The translations under genes and the position numbers were made by a program. From an uncultured Clostridia bacterium (lineage in GTDB: Bacteria; Bacillota; Clostridia; Christensenellales; UBA1242), in contig CALVMK010000055.1 in NCBI GenBank assembly GCA_944345545.1, positions 1 to 33,499 on the forward strand: DNA of 33,499 bases. Direction: 5' to 3'. Positions 8,649 to 17,165 of this stretch are shown here, piece by piece (the first letter of the stretch is position 1; every line of letters begins with the position of its first letter). The notes beneath the pieces are model-generated. The model was not told where the DNA came from. It searched no databases and saw only the letters and a program-made list of their open reading frames with translations.

Positions 8649-9467
8649 ATGGGAAAAATTATAGCTTTTGCTAATCAAAAAGGCGGAGTTGGAAAAACAA
8701 CAACATGTATAAATTTGGCTGCAAATGTTGCTTTGATGGGAAAAAGAGTTTTGATTGTTGATATGGACCCACAAGGAAATGCAACTAGCGGAGTTGGAAT
8801 TGAAAAAAATTCTCAATTAAAAACAATTTATAATGTTATAGATGGAGATTGTTCTGTAAAAGAAGTTATTTTAGAAACAATGATTCCAAACTTAGATATA
8901 ATTCCAGCAACAGTAGATTTAGCAGGTGCTGAAATTGATTTAGTTCAAATGAGTTCTAGAGAAAAAATTGTTAAAAACATATTATCTCGTATAATAACTA
9001 ACTATAATTACATAATGATTGATTGTCCACCATCTTTAGGTCTTCTCACCGTTAATGCTTTAACTGCATCAAATAGTATAATAATTCCTATACAATGTGA
9101 ATTTTTTGCTCTGGAAGGATTAAGTCAATTAATGAACACTGTAAGGCTTGTAAAGCATCACTTAAATGCTGAATTAGACATTGAAGGTGTTATATTAACA
9201 ATGAAAGATAAACGTTCTAATTTGGTTGCTGAAGTTAGTCAAGAAATTATGAAGTTTTTTGGTAAAAAAGTATATAACACATACATTCCAAGAAATATAA
9301 GATTAGCTGAAGCTCCAAGTCATGGAAAACCAATCTTACTTTATGATATAGCCTCTAAAGGAGCTGAAGCATATTTAACTCTTGCAGAAGAATTCCTTGA
9401 AAGAAATAAAGATAGTTATAAAAAAATAACTAAACATACAAAATTCAAATTAAGGAGTGATAATTAA
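8649..9467 (+). CDS. parA: ParA/Soj chromosome partitioning ATPase (start moved to ATG 8649)
   Basis: NQKGGVGKTTT deviant Walker A, DMDPQGNAT, IDCPPSLG, QCEFFALEG, IPRNIRLAEAPSHG. GGAG Shine-Dalgarno at 8640-8643; the track's TTG start lies in the promoter region. Confidence 0.97.
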   Translation: MGKIIAFANQKGGVGKTTTCINLAANVALMGKRVLIVDMDPQGNATSGVGIEKNSQLKTIYNVIDGDCSVKEVILETMIPNLDIIPATVDLAGAEIDLVQMSSREKIVKNILSRIITNYNYIMIDCPPSLGLLTVNALTASNSIIIPIQCEFFALEGLSQLMNTVRLVKHHLNAELDIEGVILTMKDKRSNLVAEVSQEIMKFFGKKVYNTYIPRNIRLAEAPSHGKPILLYDIASKGAEAYLTLAEEFLERNKDSYKKITKHTKFKLRSDN

Positions 9468-9469
9468 AA

Positions 9470-10408
9470 ATGAAAAAAGGTTTAGGAAAAGGTTTAGAAG
9501 CTTTGTTTTCTGTTTATGATGAAGAAGTAGAAAAAGAAGAAAAAACCACAGGAAACAATGACAAATCTGTGAATTTTGATAAAGATGGTGTTTTAGAAAT
9601 ATCTATAAATGATATTCATCCAAATCCAAATCAACCAAGAAAGAATTTTGACCAATCGGCATTAGAAGAACTTGCTCAAAGTATTAAAAATCATGGAATT
9701 ATTCAACCATTAGTAGTAAATAAAGAAGACAATGGTTACATGATTATAGCTGGTGAAAGAAGATGGAGAGCTTCTAAAATTGCAGGTTTAGAATATGTTC
9801 CTTGTATTGTTAAAAATTACACAGAAAAGCAAATAAAAGAAATAGCTTTAATAGAAAACTTACAAAGAGAAGATTTAAACCCTGTTGAAGCTGCAAAAGC
9901 AATTAAACAATTAATGGACGAATATAATTTTACTCAAGAAGTTGTTGCTGACAGAATTGGAAAAAGCAGACCAAATGTTACTAACCTACTACGTTTATTA
10001 TCTTTATACCCAGACGTTCTTAAACTTGTTGGAAACGGAAGATTATCTGCTGGACATGCAAGATGTTTAGTTGTTGTGTCAGACTACACTGCCCAACTCA
10101 AGTTTGCAAACATGGCATGTGATAATAAAATGTCTGTTAGAGATTTAGAAAAAACTGTTAAGAACTATTTGAATCCAAAAAAACTTTCAAATCAAAAAAG
10201 TGAACAAAGTGTTGAATTAAAAGAACTTGTAAATGAAATGCAAAGAGTGTTTTCTACAAAAGTTTCTGTAATCGGTAATGATAAAAAAGGAAGAATTTAT
10301 ATAGATTATTATTCTCGTGATGATTTGGATAGAATTGCTGAATTAATAGAATTAGCAAAAACAAAAACGTTGACATTAAAAAATCTTAAAGACATAAATA
10401 AAAGATAA
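9470..10408 (+). CDS. parB: ParB/Spo0J CTPase
   Basis: KKGLGKGLEAL ParA-stimulating peptide, NPNQPRKNF, AGERRWRA CTP motif, ENLQREDLN, HTH GKSRPNVTNLLRLL. Confidence 0.97.
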   Translation: MKKGLGKGLEALFSVYDEEVEKEEKTTGNNDKSVNFDKDGVLEISINDIHPNPNQPRKNFDQSALEELAQSIKNHGIIQPLVVNKEDNGYMIIAGERRWRASKIAGLEYVPCIVKNYTEKQIKEIALIENLQREDLNPVEAAKAIKQLMDEYNFTQEVVADRIGKSRPNVTNLLRLLSLYPDVLKLVGNGRLSAGHARCLVVVSDYTAQLKFANMACDNKMSVRDLEKTVKNYLNPKKLSNQKSEQSVELKELVNEMQRVFSTKVSVIGNDKKGRIYIDYYSRDDLDRIAELIELAKTKTLTLKNLKDINKR

Positions 10409-10453
10409 TATTTTTAAACAAAATAGAATTTAAAAAGTATATACAAATAGCTG

Positions 10454-10479
10454 AAACCCTTTATTTTAAAGGGTTTTTT
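10454..10479 (+). terminator. intrinsic terminator after parB
   Basis: AAACCCTTTA-TTT-TAAAGGGTTT followed by T residues. Confidence 0.7.
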
Positions 10480-10482
10480 CAA

Positions 10483-10498
10483 TGTTTCACGTGAAACA
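10483..10498. other. parS site (perfect)
   Basis: TGTTTCACGTGAAACA palindrome, extending to 20 bp (10481-10500). Confidence 0.95.
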
Positions 10499-10559
10499 TT
10501 ATATTAAAACTTTAATTTTTAGCTATAAAATTTTCTTTTTATAATAATAAATTATTATA

Positions 10560-10575
10560 TGTTTCACGTGAAAAA
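10560..10575. other. parS site (one mismatch)
   Basis: TGTTTCACGTGAAAAA, 77 bp from the first site. Confidence 0.85.
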
Positions 10576-10872
10576 TTAGTATTAAAAATAATCAAAATAT
10601 TTAGTATATAATAGCTAAACAAAAAGTTATTATAAGAATTTAATTGTTTTTTTATAATAGTGTATAACACATAATCTATTAAAAGGTGTTATATAATATA
10701 AAAGAAATATAACAATAAATATATATGAAATAAATATAAAATGCCTTTGTTTTAGTAATAAAAAAATGTTGTATTATTCCCCTATCAAAAGTTTTATGTG
10801 GTAAAATTAAAAATTTTATGTTATTAAAAATATTTAAGAATTAAAACAAAAATTTTATCAAACTAAAAATCT

Positions 10873-10881
10873 TTATCCACA
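10873..10881 (+). promoter_or_regulatory. isolated perfect DnaA box
   Basis: TTATCCACA in the parB-cvpA intergenic region. Confidence 0.6.
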
Positions 10882-11074
10882 ACTAATTTTTTTAAAAATT
10901 TTTACTATGAATAAGTGGTCGTTTAATAATAAAAAAATCATTTAGAAACAAGTTTTTAAATTTGTTTAAATTTATAGATGCAAACGTTGTTTTATAAGAA
11001 TATTGTGTTTTAATTATTTGTTTAAAAGATAAAAAACACTTTTAAAATTTTTAATAAAAGGTTATAATATATGT

Positions 11075-11662
11075 ATGTATGGAATAACTATTGATATTTT
11101 ACTGATTGTTATAATATTTATATTTGGTATGGTTGGAGCTTTTAAAGGTTTTTTTAAATCTTTAACTTCTTTAATGGGAGTTGGACTTGCTATTGCTCTA
11201 ACATATCTTTTTAAAAATCAAATCTTAACATTAGATAAATCTATTGGAATTGCGTCATCAATATCAAATACGCTTGGTGAAACTGCGTCTGGTGTTATAA
11301 CTTTATTAATTTATGGCACAATTATATTTATTATTTTGAAAATTTTAGCGCTTATATTAAATATGACTATAGGAAAAATTTTTAAAAGTAAATTTTTAGG
11401 TGGTATTAATAAATTTTTAGGTTTTTTATTTGGTTTTGCAAAAGGTTTGCTTTTTAGTTTAGTCTTATTATTTATAACAACTGGTTTAATGCAAATTCAA
11501 AGTTTAAGAGATTATATTTATCCTAGGCTAGAAGGTTCCTTTATAGCTCAGCCTGTTATTGAATATCTTGAAGAAAATGTTATACCAAATTTTATTAATG
11601 GAAATGTTGACGACAACAATAGCACAGAAGAAGTTGAAAATGTTGTAGTTGGAAATGTTTAA
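11075..11662 (+). CDS. CvpA (colicin V production) family membrane protein
   Basis: IDILLIVIIFIFGMVGAFKGFFKSL and GGINKFLGFLFGFAKG motifs, four hydrophobic segments. Confidence 0.8.
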   Translation: MYGITIDILLIVIIFIFGMVGAFKGFFKSLTSLMGVGLAIALTYLFKNQILTLDKSIGIASSISNTLGETASGVITLLIYGTIIFIILKILALILNMTIGKIFKSKFLGGINKFLGFLFGFAKGLLFSLVLLFITTGLMQIQSLRDYIYPRLEGSFIAQPVIEYLEENVIPNFINGNVDDNNSTEEVENVVVGNV

Positions 11663-11688
11663 TTATTTTAAAAATAAAATTCTATAAT

Positions 11689-11713
11689 TGTGGAAATGTG
11701 GATATGTTGATAA
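11689..11713 (-). promoter_or_regulatory. three overlapping one-mismatch DnaA boxes
   Basis: Plus strand TGTGGAAAT, TGTGGATAT, TGTTGATAA at an 8-bp period. Confidence 0.5.
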
Positions 11714-11907
11714 CTTAGTATTTTTATAAGACGCTTAAAATTTTTATGTACTGCGTCTTAAAAATATTTAAAAAATAATTGATTGACAAGCAATAAATTA
11801 TCTCTTTTTTATTGATTGTTAGTCTATTAAAAAATTCTTTAAAAAAAATAAATTTATTTTGTTTTAAAAATCTTGCTTTTATTCCAATTTTTGTGTTAAA
11901 AAAAGAT

Positions 11908-12000
11908 TTGGTAAATTTGTATATTTATGATATAATTCACAAAGATTAATTAATAAATATAATTAAAAGACTTGCTTTTAAAAACTATATGTTTTAAAAT
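11908..12000 (+). promoter_or_regulatory. tandem sigma-A promoters of ftsH
   Basis: TTGGTA-17-TATAAT with TG extension (11908-11936) and TTGCTT-17-TAAAAT (11972-12000). Confidence 0.55.
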
Positions 12001-12020
12001 GCTAAAACTGGAGGATTGTT

Positions 12021-14300
12021 TTGGATAAAAACGGAAAGAAAAAAATATTATATCTATCATTAGTGCTAGTTCTTGCACTAATTGTTTTATTTACATTTGT
12101 AAACACAGGTTCACGTGGTGAAAAAATAAGCACGGAACAAGCTTACACGATGTTAGAAAATGGTGAAATCGCAGAATGGTATGCTGTTGAAAATTCTGTA
12201 ATTCAAATCAAAAAAGTTGATTCTAAAATTGAAGAAGGTGCTTTTCCTACAAACTCAGATTACTATCTTAATTACACAGAAGAGTTTTATAAAATCTTTT
12301 TAGATAAAACTATTGAACTTAATGCTGGCAAGGAAACTACTGACACAACTTATATTAAATATAATGCTGTTCCGCAAGGACCTTCTGCATGGGATACTAT
12401 AATGCCTATTATGTATATTGTTTTAGGTGTTGTTTTAATTGTGTTCTTATTTAAAATGTTTAGTTCTAATGGGAAAGGGGCAATGTCTTTTGGAAAATCT
12501 AGAGCTAAAGCTTCTGTTAATGTTAAGGTTAGATTTTCAGATATTGCTGGTGCAGATGAAGAAAAAGAAGAACTTCAAGAAGTGGTTGAATTTTTGAAAA
12601 ATCCTTCTAAGTTCACAAATCTTGGGGCTAGAATTCCAAAAGGTGTTTTACTTGTAGGACCGCCAGGAACAGGTAAAACTTTGCTTGCTCGTGCAGTTGC
12701 TGGCGAAAGTAATGTTCCATTTTTAAATATAAGTGGTTCTGACTTTGTTGAAATGTTTGTTGGTGTTGGTGCTTCTAGGGTTAGAGATTTGTTTGACCAA
12801 GCAAAAAAATCTGCTCCATGCATTGTTTTTATTGATGAAATTGATGCTGTTGGTAGACAACGTGGTGCAGGGCTTGGCGGAGGAAATGATGAAAGAGAGC
12901 AAACTCTTAATCAGCTTTTAGTTGAGATGGACGGTTTTGAAGCTAATGAAGGTATTATTGTTCTTGCAGCAACAAATAGAAGTGATGTGTTAGATCCTGC
13001 ACTTTTAAGACCAGGAAGATTTGACAGACAAATCTATGTTCATGTTCCTGATGTTAGAGGTAGAGAGGGAATTATTAAAATTCATGCAAAAAACAAACCT
13101 TTAGATGATGATATAGATTACAAAACTTTGGCTAGAATTACAAGTGGTTTTACTGGCGCTGATATTGAAAATATGTTAAATGAAGCGGCTATTCTTGCAG
13201 CAAGAGCTGGAAGACCTAAAATAATAATGGAAGACCTTACAGAAGGCATTAACAAAGTTATAATGGGACCTCAAAAAAAGAGCAGATTAGTTACTGAAGA
13301 TGATAAAAAAATTACTGCTTATCATGAAGCTGGTCATGCTATCTTAGCCAAGAAATTAAAGCATTGTGAAGAAGTTCAAGAAGTTTCTATTATTCCTAGA
13401 GGAATGGCTGCTGGTTATACTATGAGCAGACCTGAAAATGATAACATGCACATGACTTATAATAAGTTAAACGATAGAATTGCTGAACTTATGGGTGGTA
13501 GAATTGCTGAAGAAATTATATTTAAGGACATAACTACAGGTGCTTCTAGCGATATTCAACATGCTACTGATATTGCAAGAAAAATGGTAACAGAATGGGG
13601 CATGAGTAAAAAATTCAATTTTGTTAATTTTGGCAACGACCAAGAAGTGTTCATTGGCAGAGATTATCAAGCTAAAAACAGTTATTCAGAAAAAATAGCT
13701 GGTGAAATTGATGAAGAAATTAGAAAAATTTTAGATGATAATTATAAACGTGCTAAACAAATTTTATTAGATAATGAAAACTATTTGCACGAACTTGCTA
13801 AACTTCTTATTGAAAAAGAAACCATTTATAAAAATGAACTTGATATGCTTCTTGCAGGTAAAACAACTGAACAAATTGTTAAACATATGAACAATGAAGT
13901 TAAAAAGAGAAAGAAAAAAGAAGAAGAAGTAAGAGCTGAATTTGACCTAATTAAAAAGGTTAAAGAAAATGAAGTGAAAGTTAAAACTGCTGAGGTTTTC
14001 TTAAAAAATGGAATTATTAATCAAGATGAATATAACAAAATTATTGCGATAAGAGATGCTAGCCTTGAAGAACTAAAAGCACATAAAGAAAAGAAACTTA
14101 AAAAGAATGAAACTCAGTATGCTGAAGTTGTTGAACAAAAAGATTCTAAGAATAGTGAAAATATAAACTCCGAGGGCTCAAAAGAACTTAAGAGCGATAA
14201 AAAACAAAATGATAATGAAATAGAAAATAAACCTAAAAAAAGGTCTTACAAAAAGAAAGAAAAGTCTACAGAAGACAATACAGATAAAGGAGATAAATAG
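12021..14300 (+). CDS. ftsH: ATP-dependent zinc metalloprotease FtsH with long charged C-terminal extension
   Basis: Two TM helices, [38 protein letters not shown] zinc motif; TTG start with GGAGGA Shine-Dalgarno. Confidence 0.98.
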   Translation: MDKNGKKKILYLSLVLVLALIVLFTFVNTGSRGEKISTEQAYTMLENGEIAEWYAVENSVIQIKKVDSKIEEGAFPTNSDYYLNYTEEFYKIFLDKTIELNAGKETTDTTYIKYNAVPQGPSAWDTIMPIMYIVLGVVLIVFLFKMFSSNGKGAMSFGKSRAKASVNVKVRFSDIAGADEEKEELQEVVEFLKNPSKFTNLGARIPKGVLLVGPPGTGKTLLARAVAGESNVPFLNISGSDFVEMFVGVGASRVRDLFDQAKKSAPCIVFIDEIDAVGRQRGAGLGGGNDEREQTLNQLLVEMDGFEANEGIIVLAATNRSDVLDPALLRPGRFDRQIYVHVPDVRGREGIIKIHAKNKPLDDDIDYKTLARITSGFTGADIENMLNEAAILAARAGRPKIIMEDLTEGINKVIMGPQKKSRLVTEDDKKITAYHEAGHAILAKKLKHCEEVQEVSIIPRGMAAGYTMSRPENDNMHMTYNKLNDRIAELMGGRIAEEIIFKDITTGASSDIQHATDIARKMVTEWGMSKKFNFVNFGNDQEVFIGRDYQAKNSYSEKIAGEIDEEIRKILDDNYKRAKQILLDNENYLHELAKLLIEKETIYKNELDMLLAGKTTEQIVKHMNNEVKKRKKKEEEVRAEFDLIKKVKENEVKVKTAEVFLKNGIINQDEYNKIIAIRDASLEELKAHKEKKLKKNETQYAEVVEQKDSKNSENINSEGSKELKSDKKQNDNEIENKPKKRSYKKKEKSTEDNTDKGDK

Positions 14301-14302
14301 AT

Positions 14303-14929
14303 ATGACTAAGAAAATAACTCTTATTATTTGCTACGCTTTAATAGGTCTAATTGCACTTGCATTAGTTATTTGTGCTTTAGTTCCAGTTAGTTATTTACC
14401 AGCTAATACAAAATCGCCAGACAAACTTACTGTAACTTATATAGAAGACACTAATCAACAAGCTTTTTACAACACAAGTTCAGAAGAATTTAAAAACAAT
14501 GAAAATATTAAAGCCGATTATGACAACATTGTTTCAACATTTAGAAATTCTTTTAAGCAAAGTGTTTTAAGTGCTTTATTTGCAGGCGAATTAATTACAA
14601 CAATGATTCCAACAGGAATTGGTGAAAATAGCATAACTAAACCTGAAAAAGGCTTTGAAATAAGATTTGAATATTTTGAAGAACAAAATATATATGTTAA
14701 TGACAAAATTTATACAGACCCTAACGATTCTACTAGAACAGTTAAAACTAAAACAATGTATTGCTATATAACAGAAGATATTGGATTTGGAAGCATTTAT
14801 ATTTACTATGAAGACGATAGTCAAGAAAATAAAGATGTGGAATATTATAGAGTTCAAACTATAGCTTCAACTAAAACTTTATCTGATTTATGCTATGAAA
14901 TTTTAAATATTGAAAAAACAGAAGAATAA
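14303..14929 (+). CDS. hypothetical membrane-anchored or exported protein
   Basis: N-terminal hydrophobic helix then an acidic soluble domain; AAGGAG Shine-Dalgarno inside the ftsH 3' end; 2-bp gap from ftsH. Confidence 0.75.
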   Translation: MTKKITLIICYALIGLIALALVICALVPVSYLPANTKSPDKLTVTYIEDTNQQAFYNTSSEEFKNNENIKADYDNIVSTFRNSFKQSVLSALFAGELITTMIPTGIGENSITKPEKGFEIRFEYFEEQNIYVNDKIYTDPNDSTRTVKTKTMYCYITEDIGFGSIYIYYEDDSQENKDVEYYRVQTIASTKTLSDLCYEILNIEKTEE

Positions 14930-14933
14930 ATTT

Positions 14934-14970
14934 AAGACCTTTTAGTTTATATTACTAAAAGGTCTTTTTT
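14934..14970 (+). terminator. intrinsic terminator of the ftsH operon
   Basis: AAGACCTTTTAGT-7 nt-ACTAAAAGGTCTT plus T run. Confidence 0.85.
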
Positions 14971-15084
14971 ATTTATATAATCATGTATATCGAATAATTT
15001 ATTGCTTTTTGCTTAAACAAATATTTTCAAATAATTTGGAAATATTTGTTATATGTGTTAAACTTAAAGAAAGTTGGAGGTTTT

Positions 15085-16233
15085 ATGCAGGCAAAAAAAA
15101 TTTTTGACAAACTAACTGGGGGAACAGTTACCGATAAGGCTTATCTTGTTGATATGATTACCAAATACGGAAGGTCGGAAAAAGATAGCGAAGAAGTTAA
15201 AAAATTAGGTTTAAAGCTTTATCAAATTTTGTTAGATGGTGGCTTGAACGAAAAACAAGAAATTAACAAAGATAGGCTTCTTGAAAAAGCTGATAACTAT
15301 ATCTATGCAGAAAGATATAAAGATGCAATAGAAGTTTTAAAAGTCCTTGAAAGTTTGGAAGATTGGAAACTTGTTAAAGATAAATTTCCAATATATTATT
15401 TTAATAATGAAATAGAAGTAAAAAAATTTTCATATCTAAATCCTAATTTAGATTTTATATGGAAGCCTTCCATTAAAAATGAAATTTTGACTTTGCTTGC
15501 AAACGCCGAAATAAATTTAAAAAAGATTAAAGAAGCAAAAGAAACTTTAAATTTTTATAAGAAGATTAACCCAGTTAGTCTATCAAGCTTTATGATAGAA
15601 GCTAAGTTAGAAAAAGAAAAAAATTTAGAAAAATTTAAAAACATTTTATTAGATGCCTTCAATTATGCTTACACCCAAACACAATTTGCTAATATTTATA
15701 AAGAACTTAGTTATTATTATGAGAAAAAATCAGAATATGAAGTTTCTTATTGCCTTTTAAGAGCTGCAGTAAGTTTTAGTGATAGTTTGGAAATTGAAAT
15801 TGCTCAAAAGAAACTTTTTGAAAAATTTAAAGATTTAGGAATTAAATTGCCAACAATGACGGGTGAAGAAGTTGGCCAAAAACTTTTAAGTTTAAACATA
15901 CCAATAAAGATAACAGAAGACATGTTTACGGCTTTGTGCGAAGGATATGTTTCTTATTTAGAAAGTGGTTATGCTAATGCTGAAACTAAAGTTTATTTTA
16001 GAGATTTGATTACAAGTGTAACAGGAGAAGATAGTTTTGTTTATGAGTTAGAAGAATCAGTAAATTCTAATTCAAAAAGTCAAGATGACAAAAAAAGTGA
16101 TGTTGAAACTAAAAATGATGATAGTGAAGAAAAATTTATAGAAGTAAAGAACAAAAAATTAGAAAAAAAGAATGTAGCATCAATTAACAAAACGTACACA
16201 AAAAAAACAAGCGATAAAGGGGGTAAAAAATGA
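15085..16233 (+). CDS. hypothetical TPR-like helical repeat protein (start moved to ATG 15085)
   Basis: GGAGG Shine-Dalgarno at 15076-15080; TPR-like helix pairs (KADNYIYAERYKDAIEVL; LLANAEINLKKIKEAKETL..INP; YKELSYYYEKKSEYEVS). Confidence 0.6.
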   Translation: MQAKKIFDKLTGGTVTDKAYLVDMITKYGRSEKDSEEVKKLGLKLYQILLDGGLNEKQEINKDRLLEKADNYIYAERYKDAIEVLKVLESLEDWKLVKDKFPIYYFNNEIEVKKFSYLNPNLDFIWKPSIKNEILTLLANAEINLKKIKEAKETLNFYKKINPVSLSSFMIEAKLEKEKNLEKFKNILLDAFNYAYTQTQFANIYKELSYYYEKKSEYEVSYCLLRAAVSFSDSLEIEIAQKKLFEKFKDLGIKLPTMTGEEVGQKLLSLNIPIKITEDMFTALCEGYVSYLESGYANAETKVYFRDLITSVTGEDSFVYELEESVNSNSKSQDDKKSDVETKNDDSEEKFIEVKNKKLEKKNVASINKTYTKKTSDKGGKK

Positions 16234-17162
16234 AAAAATTAATTACTGGAATAAGTTTAGCTATTGCTTGTTTATTGCTTACTGCGTGCGGAGAAACTCC
16301 AATAAATTTTATATTCCAAAAGTTCGACAAAACTGTGTATGAAGAATTTATGGAAATATCATCAGTACAAAACAATTTCATTAGTAATGCAAATGATGTT
16401 GCTTTAATTAGTGGTCTTGTTACAGAAGAAAAAAATTATTTAGATAAGTCATTTGAACTATTTCAAAACACAAATGATTATATCTTGCTAATAATGCCAA
16501 TTTTTGATTTAGGTCAAAACAGTCCCGGTTCTAGTGCGGTTTACTCTACAAACAATTTTACAAATGAAAAATTTAAACAAATTTCAATGTTTCAAGTAGA
16601 ACATTTGGAACAAAGTTTGTTTACTGAAAACACTGAAAATTATTATTATAGAATGGATTGGACGGAAGGGGGAATTGTTATAAACTATACCCTTAACATA
16701 AATTACGATAATAACTTAAATCAAACTGAATACAAAATCAATGTTGATTATCAAGATTCTAATGTTGATGGTGTTTCATTTAATAAATTCTATCTTGTAA
16801 AATATGATACTGAAACAGGATATTTTTATTTTGAAATAAAAGATAATGAAAACGCAATAGGTGGCACTGTTGTAGAATATTATGTTCTTGAAAGTGGCTT
16901 TTACATTTCAAGAATAACAGAGTGCACTTATAATCAAATGTCTGTGCCTAATTATGTTGGTGTTGATTTCATGATTCAAAATTTTAATGGAAGAGTAAAA
17001 TATTCTAATTATGGAACAGTAAGACCTGATAATATTAAGAATTTAAACAACGTAACTTATTCAAACTTTGCGGTTATATCAAGTGATGATAAAAGCACAT
17101 CTTTTAAATATGCTTATGATATAAGTGATGGCAGAATTTCTGTAGATAAGGTGGTTAAATAG
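16230..17162 (+). CDS. hypothetical lipoprotein
   Basis: MKK, hydrophobic stretch, lipobox LTA-C; ATGA overlap with the upstream gene; beta-rich, Asn/Tyr-rich body. Confidence 0.8.
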   Translation: MKKLITGISLAIACLLLTACGETPINFIFQKFDKTVYEEFMEISSVQNNFISNANDVALISGLVTEEKNYLDKSFELFQNTNDYILLIMPIFDLGQNSPGSSAVYSTNNFTNEKFKQISMFQVEHLEQSLFTENTENYYYRMDWTEGGIVINYTLNINYDNNLNQTEYKINVDYQDSNVDGVSFNKFYLVKYDTETGYFYFEIKDNENAIGGTVVEYYVLESGFYISRITECTYNQMSVPNYVGVDFMIQNFNGRVKYSNYGTVRPDNIKNLNNVTYSNFAVISSDDKSTSFKYAYDISDGRISVDKVVK

Positions 17163-17165
17163 GTA

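Noticed and set aside
12106-12121. parS-like TTCACGTG inside ftsH
   Set aside because: Only the core matches and the flanks break the palindrome.
16323-16329. Perfect 0A box TTCGACA inside the lipoprotein gene
   Set aside because: A single intragenic 7-mer is expected by chance in 33 kb.
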